DNA from: an uncultured Actinomycetota bacterium
Lineage (GTDB): Bacteria > Actinomycetota > Actinomycetes > JACCUZ01
Direction of reading: 5' to 3'
NCBI GenBank assembly: GCA_963762865.1
Contig: CAVXNC010000001.1
Coordinates: 47,787 to 111,786 of the forward strand
DNA: 64,000 nt
This document shows, piece by piece, positions 9,332 through 19,083 of the stretch; the stretch's first letter is position 1, and each line of letters begins with the position of its first letter. The position numbers and the translations under genes are program-made. Under the pieces are notes generated by a model that was given only the letters and a program-made list of their open reading frames with translations, had not been told where the DNA came from and made no database searches.

Positions 9332-9564
9332 TGCTCCTTCGAGCGCCACCGGACGTACGCCCGCGCTGACCGCGGCCCCCGACGCGCCCCCCGGTGGATG
9401 GGCAGGGAACGGGAGACGACCGTACCGAATCACCGCAAAACGGACAGCACCCGGTGTGTCGGGGACCGTCGCCCCGCCCTCCCAACGACCCCGTGTCCCC
9501 GCAGGTCACGCGGCCCCCCGTCCCCGCCGAGCCCGGTCCGGCCCCCACGAATAGCCTGTGCCCG

Positions 9565-10785
9565 ATGTCACGGTTCTTCGGCTCGTTGCCCCGAGAGGTG
9601 ACGGTGCTCACCGCCGTGGCGTTCGCCGTGGCGGTGGGGTTCGGCGTGGTGGCCCCGGCCATCCCGGTCTTCGCGCGCGACTTCGGGGTGGGCCGGACCG
9701 CGGCCGGGGCCGTCATCTCCGCGTTCGCGTTCATGCGCCTGGTCTCGGCACTGGCCAGCGGCCGTCTGGTCAACCGGGTCGGCGAGCGCGTCGTCCTCGC
9801 GACCGGCATCGGCATCGTGGCGGTCAGCAGCGCGCTCGCGGGCCTCGCGCAGTCCTACACCCAGCTGCTCCTGCTGCGCGGCGTGGGCGGCGTCGGCTCG
9901 GCGATGTTCACGGTGTCGGCCATCTCGCTGCTGCTGCGGGTCGTCGATGCCGACCAGCGCGGCCGGGCAATGAGCATGTGGCAGACCGGTTTCCTCCTCG
10001 GTGCGATCGCCGGCCCGGCGATCGGCGGCCCGCTGACCGACATCTCGCTGCGCGCGCCGTTCTTCGTGTACGCCGCGACGCTGGCCGTCGCGGGCGGGAT
10101 CGGCATGCTCTTCCTCAGCCGCACGTCGCTGCACGACCGGGTCGACGCGACCTCTCCCGAGGACCACACGACGCTCGGTGCCGCCTTGCGCGTCTCCGGC
10201 TACCGGGCCGCCCTCACCGCGAGCCTGGGCAACGGGTGGGCGCTCTACGGCGTGCGGTCCTCGCTCATCCCGCTCTTCGTCACCGAGGGGATCGGCGCGT
10301 CCGGGACGTGGACCGGCATCGGCCTGCTGGTCTCCGCCGCCACGCAGGCCGGCGCGCTCCTGCTGGTCGGCAACTTCACCGACCGGGTCGGCCGCCGCCC
10401 CGGCATGATCGCCGGCGCCGCCCTCGGCATGCTCAGCCTCGGCGCCCTCGCCGTCCACGAGTCGCTGGGCGTCTACGCCGTCTCGATGGCGGTCTTCGGT
10501 GTCGCATCGGCCTTCCTCACGGTGGCCCCGAGCGCAACCGTCGGCGACGTGGTGTCCGGTCGAGGAGGCACGGTGGTGGCCGCCTTCCAGATGGCCGGCG
10601 ACGTGGGCGCCGTCGTGGGGCCGCTGCTCGCCGGCTGGCTGGCCGACAGCTACTCCTTCTCGGCCGCGTGGGGGGTGACCGCCGGCATCATGGCGGCCGC
10701 GCTGGTCATGGCCTTGTTGTCCACCGAGACGCGCCACCGGCCCTCGACGGCATCGCCCGAACCGGCCGCCGGCACCACCGGCTGA
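9565..10785 (+). CDS. MFS transporter
   Basis: 406 aa from MSRFFGSLPREVTVL, with 12 predicted hydrophobic segments. MFS-type motifs are GRLVNRVGERV and GNFTDRVGRRPG (the D-R-x-G-R-R loops). Confidence 0.85.
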   Translation: MSRFFGSLPREVTVLTAVAFAVAVGFGVVAPAIPVFARDFGVGRTAAGAVISAFAFMRLVSALASGRLVNRVGERVVLATGIGIVAVSSALAGLAQSYTQLLLLRGVGGVGSAMFTVSAISLLLRVVDADQRGRAMSMWQTGFLLGAIAGPAIGGPLTDISLRAPFFVYAATLAVAGGIGMLFLSRTSLHDRVDATSPEDHTTLGAALRVSGYRAALTASLGNGWALYGVRSSLIPLFVTEGIGASGTWTGIGLLVSAATQAGALLLVGNFTDRVGRRPGMIAGAALGMLSLGALAVHESLGVYAVSMAVFGVASAFLTVAPSATVGDVVSGRGGTVVAAFQMAGDVGAVVGPLLAGWLADSYSFSAAWGVTAGIMAAALVMALLSTETRHRPSTASPEPAAGTTG

Positions 10786-10795
10786 CCTGCTCCGC

Positions 10796-11629
10796 TCAGG
10801 CAGGCTGCTCCTCGAGGAAGTCGAGGACGACCGCAGCGAAGAGCGGCGAGACGCCGAGGTCGTAGTGGGTCGTGCCGGGGATGATCGCGAGGGCGTGACC
10901 GCCCTTGGGCCGGCCCTCCCCCGTCCACCCGCCGTCGCGCTGCCCGCCGTCGAGGAGCGCGAAGACCTCGACGTAGTGGCTGGGCGGCGCCATGTCGGCG
11001 TCGGCGGCGACGACCAGCGTCGGCACCTGCAGCCCGCGGACCTCCTCGGTGAGGTCGAAGTCGCGCGACATCGACTCGCCGATCTTGTCCAGCAGCCGAG
11101 GGAAGTCCTCGGGCCTCGGGGCCACGCGCTCGTAGAGCTCGTACATCGGTGTCCCCTTCAGGAACTCGGCGGCAGCCGCGTTGACCTGGCCCTGCTGCGC
11201 CAGCATCTCCGGGTAGATCGCATCCCGGCGGATGTTGGCCGAGGCCGACACCAGGCGACCGACCTTGTCGGGGTGGTGGATCGCGGTCATCATCGCCACG
11301 CCGCCGCCGAGGGAGTAGCCGACGACGTCCGGCCTGTCCAAGGCCAGGTGGTCGATCAGAGCGGCGATGTCGTCGGCCATCAGCCGCACGTCGATCGGCC
11401 GGTCGATGTCCGCGGTGCGGCCGTGGCCCTGCAGGTCCACAACGATGACCTGGTGCCGTTCGGACAGCGCGGGGAGCACCGGGCCGAACGTCTCCCCGGA
11501 CATCAGTCCGCCGTGCAGCAGGACCAGCGGGCTGCCGGACCCGTAGGTCGCGACCCACAGGTTGATCCCGTTGACCTCGACGTACCTGCCGGAGCCCTGC
11601 GCGTCGGTCGCCTGGTCGGTGGTGGTCAT
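10796..11629 (-). CDS. alpha/beta hydrolase fold protein
   Basis: 277 aa. It has the HGGLMSGETF oxyanion region, the nucleophile elbow GYSLGG, and C-terminal His/Asp residues. Confidence 0.85.
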   Translation of the reverse strand: MTTTDQATDAQGSGRYVEVNGINLWVATYGSGSPLVLLHGGLMSGETFGPVLPALSERHQVIVVDLQGHGRTADIDRPIDVRLMADDIAALIDHLALDRPDVVGYSLGGGVAMMTAIHHPDKVGRLVSASANIRRDAIYPEMLAQQGQVNAAAAEFLKGTPMYELYERVAPRPEDFPRLLDKIGESMSRDFDLTEEVRGLQVPTLVVAADADMAPPSHYVEVFALLDGGQRDGGWTGEGRPKGGHALAIIPGTTHYDLGVSPLFAAVVLDFLEEQPA

Positions 11630-11692
11630 CCCGTGCTCCTCAGGTCCAGTTGGTTGGTGCGCTGCCCGTCAGACCGTCGGGCCGGGCCGGAC

Positions 11693-13015
11693 TCATCGGT
11701 CGGCGAGCTGCCGCACCAGACGCGCGGCGGTGCCGGGGTGGTCGGCGCTGAGGAGTCCGGCGGCGGCGAGCACGTAGTCGCTGTCGACGACGGTGCGCGC
11801 ACCCTCGGGCACCGGCCAGCCGCCGGCCAGGTCGGCGGTCGCGGGTCGCAGCACCGCGGTGCGTGTCGCGTGGTCGGCATGGCGAAGCACGCCGCCCGAC
11901 CCGACCACCAGCACGACCTCGCGCAGGTCCTTGCCGCCCCGGCCGTGCCGGCGGAGCGCGACGGTCACGGCCAGCTCGGCCAGCCGGGCGTCGACTGCGC
12001 GCTCCGCGTCGTCGGCCGGGAGGAAGCCGGTGTCGCGGGCACGGCGCTCTGCCGACGTACGCAGCGAACGTTCCTCGTCACCGGAGACGAGCCGCTCGGC
12101 GGCGGCCGCATCGACGACACCGACGGCGCTCCACCGCATCCCGAGGTCACCTTCGACGGTGCGGCTGCGCCACATCACCTCGACGACCTCGCGCCGGAGC
12201 ACCGCGTCCTCGCCCTGCGGCGTCACCACCGAGTAGACGTCCGTCGTCGCACCGCCGACGTCGACGACGAGGACGTCACCGACGCCCGGCACGCCGTCCG
12301 CCCCGTCGGCGAGCACCTCGACACCGGAGAGCACGGCGTCCGGCGTCGCCGCGCGGACCAGCGCCGGGAAGTCGGCCCGGCGCGAGAGCCCCTTGCCGCC
12401 GATGACGTGGCGGATGAAGACGTCCCTGATCGCCGCGCGCGCGGGCTGCGGGTCGAGCCGGCCGATGACGGGCAGCACGTTGTCGGTCGCGACGACCGGC
12501 TTCCCGTTGCCGCGCAACAGGTCTGCGAGCTCGTCGCGCAGGTCCACGTTGCCGGCGAGCACGATCGGTACGTCGATCGTGGCGCCGGCGAGCACCCCCG
12601 CGTTGTGCGTCAGCACCTCGGCGTTGCCGCCGTCGGTCCCACCGACGAGCAGGAGTACGTCCGGGTCGGCCGCCTCGACCGCGGAGACGTCGTCGGGGGT
12701 GAGCCGGCCCGACGCGACGTGCACCACGCGCGACCCGGCCGACAGCCCGACCCGGTGGCCCGCCTCGGCTGTCACCTCGCGCTCGTAGCCGACGACGGCC
12801 AGCCGCAGACCGCCCCCGGCGCTGCTGCAGGCGAGCACCTCGACGTCGTCGCCGGCACCGAGCAGCGCCCGGCACTCGTCGACACCGTCCATCACGTCGG
12901 TGCCGATCGTGGTCGGGTGCGACGCCGTGCCGAGCAGCAGGCCGCTGCCGAGCTCGACGTGCGCTGCCTTCGTGAAGGTCGACCCGACGTCGACGCAGAC
13001 GACGGTGCGCGACAC
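11693..13015 (-). CDS. MutL-family (glutamate mutase L-like) protein
   Basis: 440 aa. It has an N-terminal VCVDVGSTFTKAA ASKHA-type ATPase fold motif, typical of MutL/DUF-type proteins. Its start abuts the upstream PLP-enzyme gene. Confidence 0.6.
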   Translation of the reverse strand: MSRTVVCVDVGSTFTKAAHVELGSGLLLGTASHPTTIGTDVMDGVDECRALLGAGDDVEVLACSSAGGGLRLAVVGYEREVTAEAGHRVGLSAGSRVVHVASGRLTPDDVSAVEAADPDVLLLVGGTDGGNAEVLTHNAGVLAGATIDVPIVLAGNVDLRDELADLLRGNGKPVVATDNVLPVIGRLDPQPARAAIRDVFIRHVIGGKGLSRRADFPALVRAATPDAVLSGVEVLADGADGVPGVGDVLVVDVGGATTDVYSVVTPQGEDAVLRREVVEVMWRSRTVEGDLGMRWSAVGVVDAAAAERLVSGDEERSLRTSAERRARDTGFLPADDAERAVDARLAELAVTVALRRHGRGGKDLREVVLVVGSGGVLRHADHATRTAVLRPATADLAGGWPVPEGARTVVDSDYVLAAAGLLSADHPGTAARLVRQLADR

Positions 13016-14152
13016 CTAGCCGAGTGCCCGGGTCAGGTCCTCGACCAGGTCGTCCACCGACTCGATGCCGACCGACAGCCGCACCAGGTCGCCGGGCACC
13101 TCGAGCGGCGACCCCGCTACCGACGCGTGCGTCATCCGGCCAGGGTGCTCGATGAGCGACTCCACGCCGCCGAGGGACTCGCCGAGGATGAACACCTCGG
13201 TGCGCCCGCACACCGCGAGCGCCTCGTCCTCGCCGCCGGCCACCCGGAAGGACACCATCCCGCCGAACGACTTCATCTGCTTCGCGGCGACCTCGTGACC
13301 GGGGTGCTCGGGCAGCCCGGGGTAGTACGTCTCGATGACCTTCGGGTGGTTGGTCAGCACCTCGACGATCCGCTCGGCGTTGGCGCTGTGGCGGTCCATG
13401 CGCACCCCGAGCGTCTTGATGCCACGAAGGACCAGCCAGGAGTCGAAGGGGCCGGCGACGGCGCCCATGGCGTTCTGGTGGTAGGCGACCTGCTCGCCGA
13501 GCTCGTCGTCGCCGAGCACCAACGCCCCACCCACGACGTCGGAGTGGCCGCCCATGTACTTCGTCGTCGAGTGCACGACGGCGTCCGCCCCGAGCGACAG
13601 GGGCTGCTGCAGGTACGGCGACGCGAACGTGTTGTCCACGACGAGGATCGCGCCGGCGTCGTGGGCGAGCTCGGCCACGGCGGCGATGTCGGTGATGCCG
13701 AGCAGCGGGTTCGTCGGGGTCTCGACCCACACGACCTTGGTGGTGCCCGGACGGATGGCCGCGCGGTACGCGTCCACGCTGTCGCCGTCGGAGGGCGTGT
13801 AGTCCAGGCCCCAGCCCTCGAGCACCTTCGCGAAGAGGCGGTAGGTCCCGCCGTACGCATCGCCCGGGATGGCGACGTGGTCCCCCGGCCGGCACACCGA
13901 GCGCAGCAGGGTGTCCTCGGCGGCCAGCCCCGACGCGAAGGCCAACCCGCGCCGTCCACCCTCGATCGCGGCCAGGCACTCCTCGAGCGCGGCGCGCGTC
14001 GGGTTGCCGCTCCGGCTGTACTCGTAGCCGCCACGGAGCCCGCCGACGCCGTCCTGCTTGTACGTCGACACCTGGTAGATCGGCGGGACGACTGCCCCGG
14101 TGGTGGGGTCCGGCTCCTGGCCGGCATGGATCGCGAGGGTCTCGAACTGCAT
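13016..14152 (-). CDS. Cys/Met-metabolism PLP-dependent enzyme (cystathionine gamma-synthase/gamma-lyase family)
   Basis: 378 aa. It carries the signature DAVVHSTTKYMGGHSDVVGG, the PLP-lysine motif, and is full-length for MetB/CGL. Confidence 0.85.
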   Translation of the reverse strand: MQFETLAIHAGQEPDPTTGAVVPPIYQVSTYKQDGVGGLRGGYEYSRSGNPTRAALEECLAAIEGGRRGLAFASGLAAEDTLLRSVCRPGDHVAIPGDAYGGTYRLFAKVLEGWGLDYTPSDGDSVDAYRAAIRPGTTKVVWVETPTNPLLGITDIAAVAELAHDAGAILVVDNTFASPYLQQPLSLGADAVVHSTTKYMGGHSDVVGGALVLGDDELGEQVAYHQNAMGAVAGPFDSWLVLRGIKTLGVRMDRHSANAERIVEVLTNHPKVIETYYPGLPEHPGHEVAAKQMKSFGGMVSFRVAGGEDEALAVCGRTEVFILGESLGGVESLIEHPGRMTHASVAGSPLEVPGDLVRLSVGIESVDDLVEDLTRALG

Positions 14153-14236
14153 GCGCTGAGCGTAGGGGGCGAGTGTGCACCGGGCACGCCCCGGGCGATC
14201 CGGCCGGAGGACGCGGCGGGTGGCAGCATCTCGATC

Positions 14237-15088
14237 ATGACGATCGCAGAGTTCGGTGTCCGCTCCATGTCAGCCGCCCTCCGACGGGTGCTGGTGGTGC
14301 GCCCGACGGGCACCGGCGACTTCGCCGGGGCCGGCTGGCGCGTCCCCGACACGGACGGCTTGCGGGAGGAGCACGAGGGCTTCGTCGAGCTGCTCGACGG
14401 CCTCGGCGTCGAGGTCGTCGTCGCCGACGCACCGGACGGCCTGGTCGACGCCTGCTACGCCTACGACCCGGTGTTCGTCACCGGCGTGGGTGCCGTCGAG
14501 CTGCAGATGCGCAAGCCGGTGAGGCAGCCGGAGCCGGCGTTCCTCGCGGCCGAGGTGGAGAAGGCCGGAGTGCCCGTCGTCGGCCGGCTCACCGGCCCGG
14601 CCACCGCCGACGGCGGCGACCTGTGCTGGCTGGACGAGTCGACGCTGGCGGTGGGTCGCGGCTACCGCACCAACGCCGCTGCGCACGAGCAGCTGCGCGA
14701 GATCCTCGGCCGGGAGGGTGTGACGGTCGAGCGGGCCGACCTGCCGCACCACCTCGGCCCCGACTACGTGATGCACCTGATGAGCGTCGTGTCACCCGTC
14801 GCACCCGACCTGGCCGTCGTCTTCGAGCCGCTCGCGCCGGTGCCCCTGCTCGAGATGCTCGCCGAGCGCGGCTACCGCACCGTCGCGTGCGACCCCGACG
14901 AGCTCGACGCCCAGGGCTGCAACGTGCTCGCCGTCCGGCCCGGCGTGGTCGTCACGGCCGACGGCGCTCCCCGCACCCGGGCCGCGCTCGAGGCCGTCGG
15001 GGTCGAGGTGCACACCTACGCCGCCGCCGAGACCAACAAGGGATCCGGCGGACCGACCTGCCTGACGCGGCCGTTGCTGCGCGCCTAG
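14237..15088 (+). CDS. amidinotransferase/DDAH superfamily protein (dimethylarginine dimethylaminohydrolase-like)
   Basis: 283 aa, ending ...GGPTCLTRPLLRA, with the catalytic Cys near the C-terminus. It is divergent from the PLP-enzyme gene. Confidence 0.7.
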   Translation: MTIAEFGVRSMSAALRRVLVVRPTGTGDFAGAGWRVPDTDGLREEHEGFVELLDGLGVEVVVADAPDGLVDACYAYDPVFVTGVGAVELQMRKPVRQPEPAFLAAEVEKAGVPVVGRLTGPATADGGDLCWLDESTLAVGRGYRTNAAAHEQLREILGREGVTVERADLPHHLGPDYVMHLMSVVSPVAPDLAVVFEPLAPVPLLEMLAERGYRTVACDPDELDAQGCNVLAVRPGVVVTADGAPRTRAALEAVGVEVHTYAAAETNKGSGGPTCLTRPLLRA

Positions 15089-15151
15089 CAGAGCACGCCG
15101 CCGGAATCCCGGTACCGACCCCGTCGTTGGAAAGGGCACAGGAGGTCACAC

Positions 15152-15847
15152 ATGCTCTTCGGCAAGTCCAAGCACGAGCTCGTCACCGCGCAGGACGCCC
15201 TTCCGGGCCGTCAGCAGCGACCCTTCGACATCGCACCGCAGCACGTCGTCCTCGGCACCCCGCTGGAGGGCCCGTGGCCTGAGGGCCACGAGGTCATCAC
15301 CTTCGGCATGGGCTGCTTCTGGGGGGCGGAGCGCATCTTCTGGGAGATTCCCGGCGTCCACGTGACAGCAGCGGGCTACCAGGGCGGGCACACTCCCCAC
15401 CCCACCTACGAGGAGACCTGCACGGCGCAGACCGGGCACACCGAGGCAGTGCTCGTCGTCTACGACCCGGCCGCGGTCGACCTCGAGGTGCTGCTCAAGG
15501 CGTTCTGGGAGAACCACGACCCGACGACGCCCAACCGGCAGGGCTACGACGTCGGCACGCAGTACCGCTCCGCGATCTACCCGACCACCGACTCCCAGCT
15601 GGCCGCCGCGGAGGACTCCCGCTCGCGCTACCAGCAGGCGCTCAAGGAGGCGGGCTTCGGCGAGATCTCGACCGAGATCCGGCCGGCCGCCGAGGCCGGA
15701 CCGTTCTACTACGCCGAGGACTACCACCAGGGCTACCTGGCCAAGAACCCGAGGGGCTACTGCAACCACGGCTTCTGCCAGGTGGCCTACAACCCGGCCG
15801 CGCACGGCCAGGACGCCCCCACCAAGGTCGAGCTGCCCGAGTCCTGA
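15152..15847 (+). CDS. msrA: peptide methionine sulfoxide reductase A
   Basis: 231 aa. It has the active-site motif GMGCFWGAE and an AGGAGG ribosome-binding site 7 nt upstream. Confidence 0.9.
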   Translation: MLFGKSKHELVTAQDALPGRQQRPFDIAPQHVVLGTPLEGPWPEGHEVITFGMGCFWGAERIFWEIPGVHVTAAGYQGGHTPHPTYEETCTAQTGHTEAVLVVYDPAAVDLEVLLKAFWENHDPTTPNRQGYDVGTQYRSAIYPTTDSQLAAAEDSRSRYQQALKEAGFGEISTEIRPAAEAGPFYYAEDYHQGYLAKNPRGYCNHGFCQVAYNPAAHGQDAPTKVELPES

Positions 15848-16868
15848 CCGGGTCGTCGCGCACCTCGCAGCGCGCCCGGCTACCGCTTGCCCGCGATCAC
15901 CGGCGTGACATTTTCGGCCTGACGATGTCGGATTGGCCGTTCGACGTTCGTTGACATGGTGACGGCAGACACCGGGTCCGCCCGAGCAAGGGGAGCAGAC
16001 ATGCCCGAGTACCTCATCTACTTCAACCAGCAGTGGGTGGGGGACCACACCGAGGAGTGGTTCCGCGGGCGCGGGCCGCTCGCGAAGGCGGTCGTGGACG
16101 AGATCAAGGCCGCCGGGGAGTACCTCTTCGCCGGGGGCCTGGAGGAGGACGGCCCGGTCTTCAGCGCCGACGCCACGAGCGGCACGCTGACGTTCACCGA
16201 CGGGCCCTTCGTCGAGACCAAGGAGTTCCTGGGCGGTCTGACCGTGGTGGACGTGGCCGACGAGGAGGCTGCCAGGATGTGGGCCGGCAAGATCGCGGAA
16301 GCGTGCGGGTGGCCCCAGGAGGTTCGCCGGTTCGGGCGGCTGCCGGACGTCCCCACCGAGGTCGAGCCGCCCGAGTCCTGACCGGTCGTCGCGCACCTCG
16401 CAGCGCGCCCGGCTACCGCTTGCCCGCGATCACCGGCGTGACATTCTCGGCCTGACGATGTCGGATTGCCCGGTCGACGTTCGTTGACATGGTGACGGCA
16501 GACAGCGGGTCCGCCCGAGCAAGGGAGCAGACATGCCCGAGTACCTCATCTACTTCAACCAGCAGTGGGTGGGTGACCACACCGAGGAGTGGTTCCGCGG
16601 GCGCGGGCCTCTCGCGAAGGCGGTCGTGGACGAGATCAAGGCCGCGGGGGCGTACGTCTTCGCCGGGGGCCTGGAGGAAGAGGACGGGCCGGTCTTCAGC
16701 GCCGACGCCACGAGCGGCACGCTGACGTTCACCGACGGGCCCTTCGTCGAGACCAAGGAGTTCCTGGGCGGTCTGACCGTGGTGGACGTGACCGACGAGC
16801 AGGCTGCCAGGATGTGGGCCGGCAAGATCGCGGAAGCGTGCGGCTGGCCCCAGGAGGTCCGCCGGTTC
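15800..16868. repeat. Tandem segmental duplication of about 533 bp (2 copies, about 99% identical), spanning the msrA 3' end, the intergenic promoter and a yciI-like gene
   Basis: The two copies start at 16001 and 16533 with identical upstream sequence (ccgggtcgtcgcgcacctcgcagcgcgcccggctaccgcttgcccgcgatcaccggcgtgacatt...gacatggtgacggcagaca) and differ by a few SNPs and one 3-nt indel. The junction sits after codon 111 of copy 1 (about 16333). Confidence 0.75.
16001..16381 (+). CDS. YciI-like (YCII-related domain) protein, copy 1, with a chimeric C-terminus
   Basis: 126 aa: MPEYLIYFNQQWVGDHTEEW...DGPFVETKEFLGGLTVVDVADEEAARMWAGKIAEA, a YCII-domain pattern. The last 15 aa (GRLPDVPTEVEPPES) are read from duplicated msrA 3'-end sequence; compare msrA ...[10 protein letters not shown]. 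Confidence 0.75.
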   Translation: MPEYLIYFNQQWVGDHTEEWFRGRGPLAKAVVDEIKAAGEYLFAGGLEEDGPVFSADATSGTLTFTDGPFVETKEFLGGLTVVDVADEEAARMWAGKIAEACGWPQEVRRFGRLPDVPTEVEPPES

Positions 16869-16934
16869 AAGCCAGTCCCGAGATTCAGGGCTGAGTCGGC
16901 TCAGCCGACCTCGGTTACGTCCACCACCTCGTAG
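16533..16934 (+). CDS. YciI-like (YCII-related domain) protein, copy 2, with the presumed original C-terminus
   Basis: 133 aa. It is about 97% identical to copy 1 up to ...EVRRF, then continues KPVPRFRAESAQPTSVTSTTS. Confidence 0.8.
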   Translation: MPEYLIYFNQQWVGDHTEEWFRGRGPLAKAVVDEIKAAGAYVFAGGLEEEDGPVFSADATSGTLTFTDGPFVETKEFLGGLTVVDVTDEQAARMWAGKIAEACGWPQEVRRFKPVPRFRAESAQPTSVTSTTS

Positions 16935-17797
16935 CGCGGCGGGTGCGCCTCGCGCATCGCGTGGCAGGTCAGCAGTCCCGGCCGCTCACCCGCCGTCGCC
17001 AGGACCGTGACGATCAGGTTCCTCGGGTAGTGGCGAAGGCGGACCTGCCACCGGCCGTCGCCGAGGTAGATGGTGCCGGCCGGGGTCAGTGCCTCGATGC
17101 GCATCTCCCCGAGCACACGTCGTGCGTGCGTCGTCGCGGCCTGCGCCGCCGGCGCCGTGGTCGTACGCCCTCGGAGCCGGTCGAGATAGACGTTGCCGGC
17201 CTCGTGGGACTCCACCAGGTCGACGACCTCGCCCGGCTCCACCCGGCCGTAGTACAGGCCGTGCGGCATGGCCAGCACGTTGGCGGCGAACCGGTCGCCG
17301 CCGACGTGCGAGCACTCCCAGGAGCGGCCGGGCCGCACCTTGTCCAGCGCCGCCGCGACCGGCCGGCCCTCGACGGCGCAGCAGGTGTCGTGCCGCCCGT
17401 GCGTGCACACCAGGAAGAACGGTTCCTCGGACCGGGCACCGGAGCTGCCGTCGAGGGGCAGGGTCAGCAGCTCGTCGTCCGTCCCGAAGTCACCCCACCA
17501 GGTCGCTTCCCGGCCCGGTCGTGACGACACGACCGCCCATCGGCGACGGTCCGGCGCCCGGTGCCGACCCGGGCGGCGGACCAGGAGGACCCGGAGACCC
17601 TGGGCGATCGCCCGGCCGGAGACCGCCCGGCCGACGTCGGGGTCGAGACGCGAGCTGGTCAGCGCCTGCCGTCCCCAGCCCCCGGGCTGCTCGAGGAGCA
17701 GGAAACCCGCGGCAGGAGCCGCGGTCCCGGCCATCGAGTCGGCACGCAGCCGGCTGGCCACCGAGCAGCGCAGCGGCGCCTCGTCGGCGACGGTCAC
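16901..17797 (-). CDS. sucrase/ferredoxin-like family protein (thioredoxin-like Fe-S fold)
   Basis: About 298 aa. It has LVCTHGRHDTCCAVEGRP (a C-x-H-x...CC cluster). The GTG start at 17797 overlaps the upstream gene's stop as GTGA; an alternative ATG lies further in. Confidence 0.5.
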   Translation of the reverse strand: MTVADEAPLRCSVASRLRADSMAGTAAPAAGFLLLEQPGGWGRQALTSSRLDPDVGRAVSGRAIAQGLRVLLVRRPGRHRAPDRRRWAVVSSRPGREATWWGDFGTDDELLTLPLDGSSGARSEEPFFLVCTHGRHDTCCAVEGRPVAAALDKVRPGRSWECSHVGGDRFAANVLAMPHGLYYGRVEPGEVVDLVESHEAGNVYLDRLRGRTTTAPAAQAATTHARRVLGEMRIEALTPAGTIYLGDGRWQVRLRHYPRNLIVTVLATAGERPGLLTCHAMREAHPPRYEVVDVTEVG

Positions 17798-19074
17798 CGG
17801 GTGACGTCGACCACGACGACACCCTCGCGCACCAGTCGCCGGGCGCAGGCCATGGCCTCGTCCGCTGTGAGGTCCGGCAGCTCCGCGACGCGCACGGCCG
17901 CGCCGTCCAGGAGGCGCTGCAGCGCCTTGCCCCACGCGCCGGGCAGCCGGACGGTGCGGCCGGACAGCGCCAGCACGAGGTCGCTGTCGCTGCCCTCGTC
18001 GCTGCGCACCAGGTGGTCGAGGTGCTCGCGGACGACGAGCACCGACTCCGTGGAGAGCCGGTCGAGGGCGGCGGCCTGCGCGAGCGGGCCCAGCGGGGCG
18101 GCACGGCGGCTGCCGAGGCTCCGCTCGGCGAGGGCGGTCGACACCTCCGCCGCCGTGATCGAGCGGACGCGGGTGAGCAGCGCCTCGACGGTCGCGTCGA
18201 GGTCCGCCTGGACCTCGGCCGGCTCGGCCAGGTCGATCCCGAGCGGCAGCGAGGTGCGCAGCGCGACGTCGTCGGCCGCCAGGTCCAGCAGCGTCGCCAG
18301 GACGGCGTGCCGGGTCACCGGGTGGATCCCGACGGTGAGGTGGCAGGTGACCCCGCCGAGGGCCACCGCCGAGTGCAGGAAGCCCCGCGGAAGGTAGAGG
18401 GAGTCACCGGGTCGGAGCGCGGTGTCGACGACCGGCGTCTCCTCGGCGCGGGCGGCCACCGCGGCGCGATGGTCCGTCCAGGGTTGGTCGCGAAGCGGCA
18501 GCTCGTGGACGGGCTCGTGCACCCGCCACTGCTTCTCGCCGGCCACCTGGAGCACGAACACGTCATGGACGTCGTAGTGGGCGGCGAACCCCTGCGACTG
18601 GCTCGGGGTGATGTAGGCGTTGACCTGGACCGGGTGACCGAGGTCGGTCATGAGCTGCCCGGCGAAGTCGACCAGCGGCGGCCAGATCCGATGCAGGCCC
18701 TGGAGGACGATGGTGTGCCCGTCGGCGAAGAGCTCGAGCAGGCGGTCGTCGACGACCTGGTCGGAGACCTGCGCACCCGTCCCGCCCGAGCGGGTGTAGC
18801 GGCTCGCCGGCACGACCGAGCCGCCCTTGGCCACCCGGACGAAGGGGGTCCGGAGGCCGCGCCGGGCGACCAGCTCGTCGACCGCCTCGAGCGAGAACAG
18901 GTCCGTGAAGCCGGCGGTCCCCAGGTCGGCCGCCGGCGTCAGCAGCGGCCGCCGGCCCCAGGTCTCGGCCGCGAAGTCGGCAGTGTCGAGGCTGTCGACC
19001 GCCAGCGCGCGCGCCAGGGCGGGGCGCGCGTCACCGCGCGCCCCGACCCCGGCAGTACGACTGTCAGCGGTCAC
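17794..19074 (-). CDS. cupin-4/JmjC-domain protein (ribosomal oxygenase RoxA/YcfD-like)
   Basis: 426 aa. It has the HxD...H Fe(II) triad context AAHYDVHDVFVLQVAGEKQWRV...LHSAVA and a long C-terminal winged-helix-like region. Confidence 0.7.
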   Translation of the reverse strand: MTADSRTAGVGARGDARPALARALAVDSLDTADFAAETWGRRPLLTPAADLGTAGFTDLFSLEAVDELVARRGLRTPFVRVAKGGSVVPASRYTRSGGTGAQVSDQVVDDRLLELFADGHTIVLQGLHRIWPPLVDFAGQLMTDLGHPVQVNAYITPSQSQGFAAHYDVHDVFVLQVAGEKQWRVHEPVHELPLRDQPWTDHRAAVAARAEETPVVDTALRPGDSLYLPRGFLHSAVALGGVTCHLTVGIHPVTRHAVLATLLDLAADDVALRTSLPLGIDLAEPAEVQADLDATVEALLTRVRSITAAEVSTALAERSLGSRRAAPLGPLAQAAALDRLSTESVLVVREHLDHLVRSDEGSDSDLVLALSGRTVRLPGAWGKALQRLLDGAAVRVAELPDLTADEAMACARRLVREGVVVVDVTR

Positions 19075-19083
19075 GCGCAGGGC

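Noticed and set aside
8391-9815. Alternative overlapping ORFs across the STP-repeat region: 8391..9554 (+), 8711..9601 (+) and 8580..9815 (-)
   Set aside because: All are open only because of the repetitive GC-rich DNA. None has a convincing N-terminus or a ribosome-binding site. One minus-strand frame with a signal-anchor-like start was retained at low confidence.
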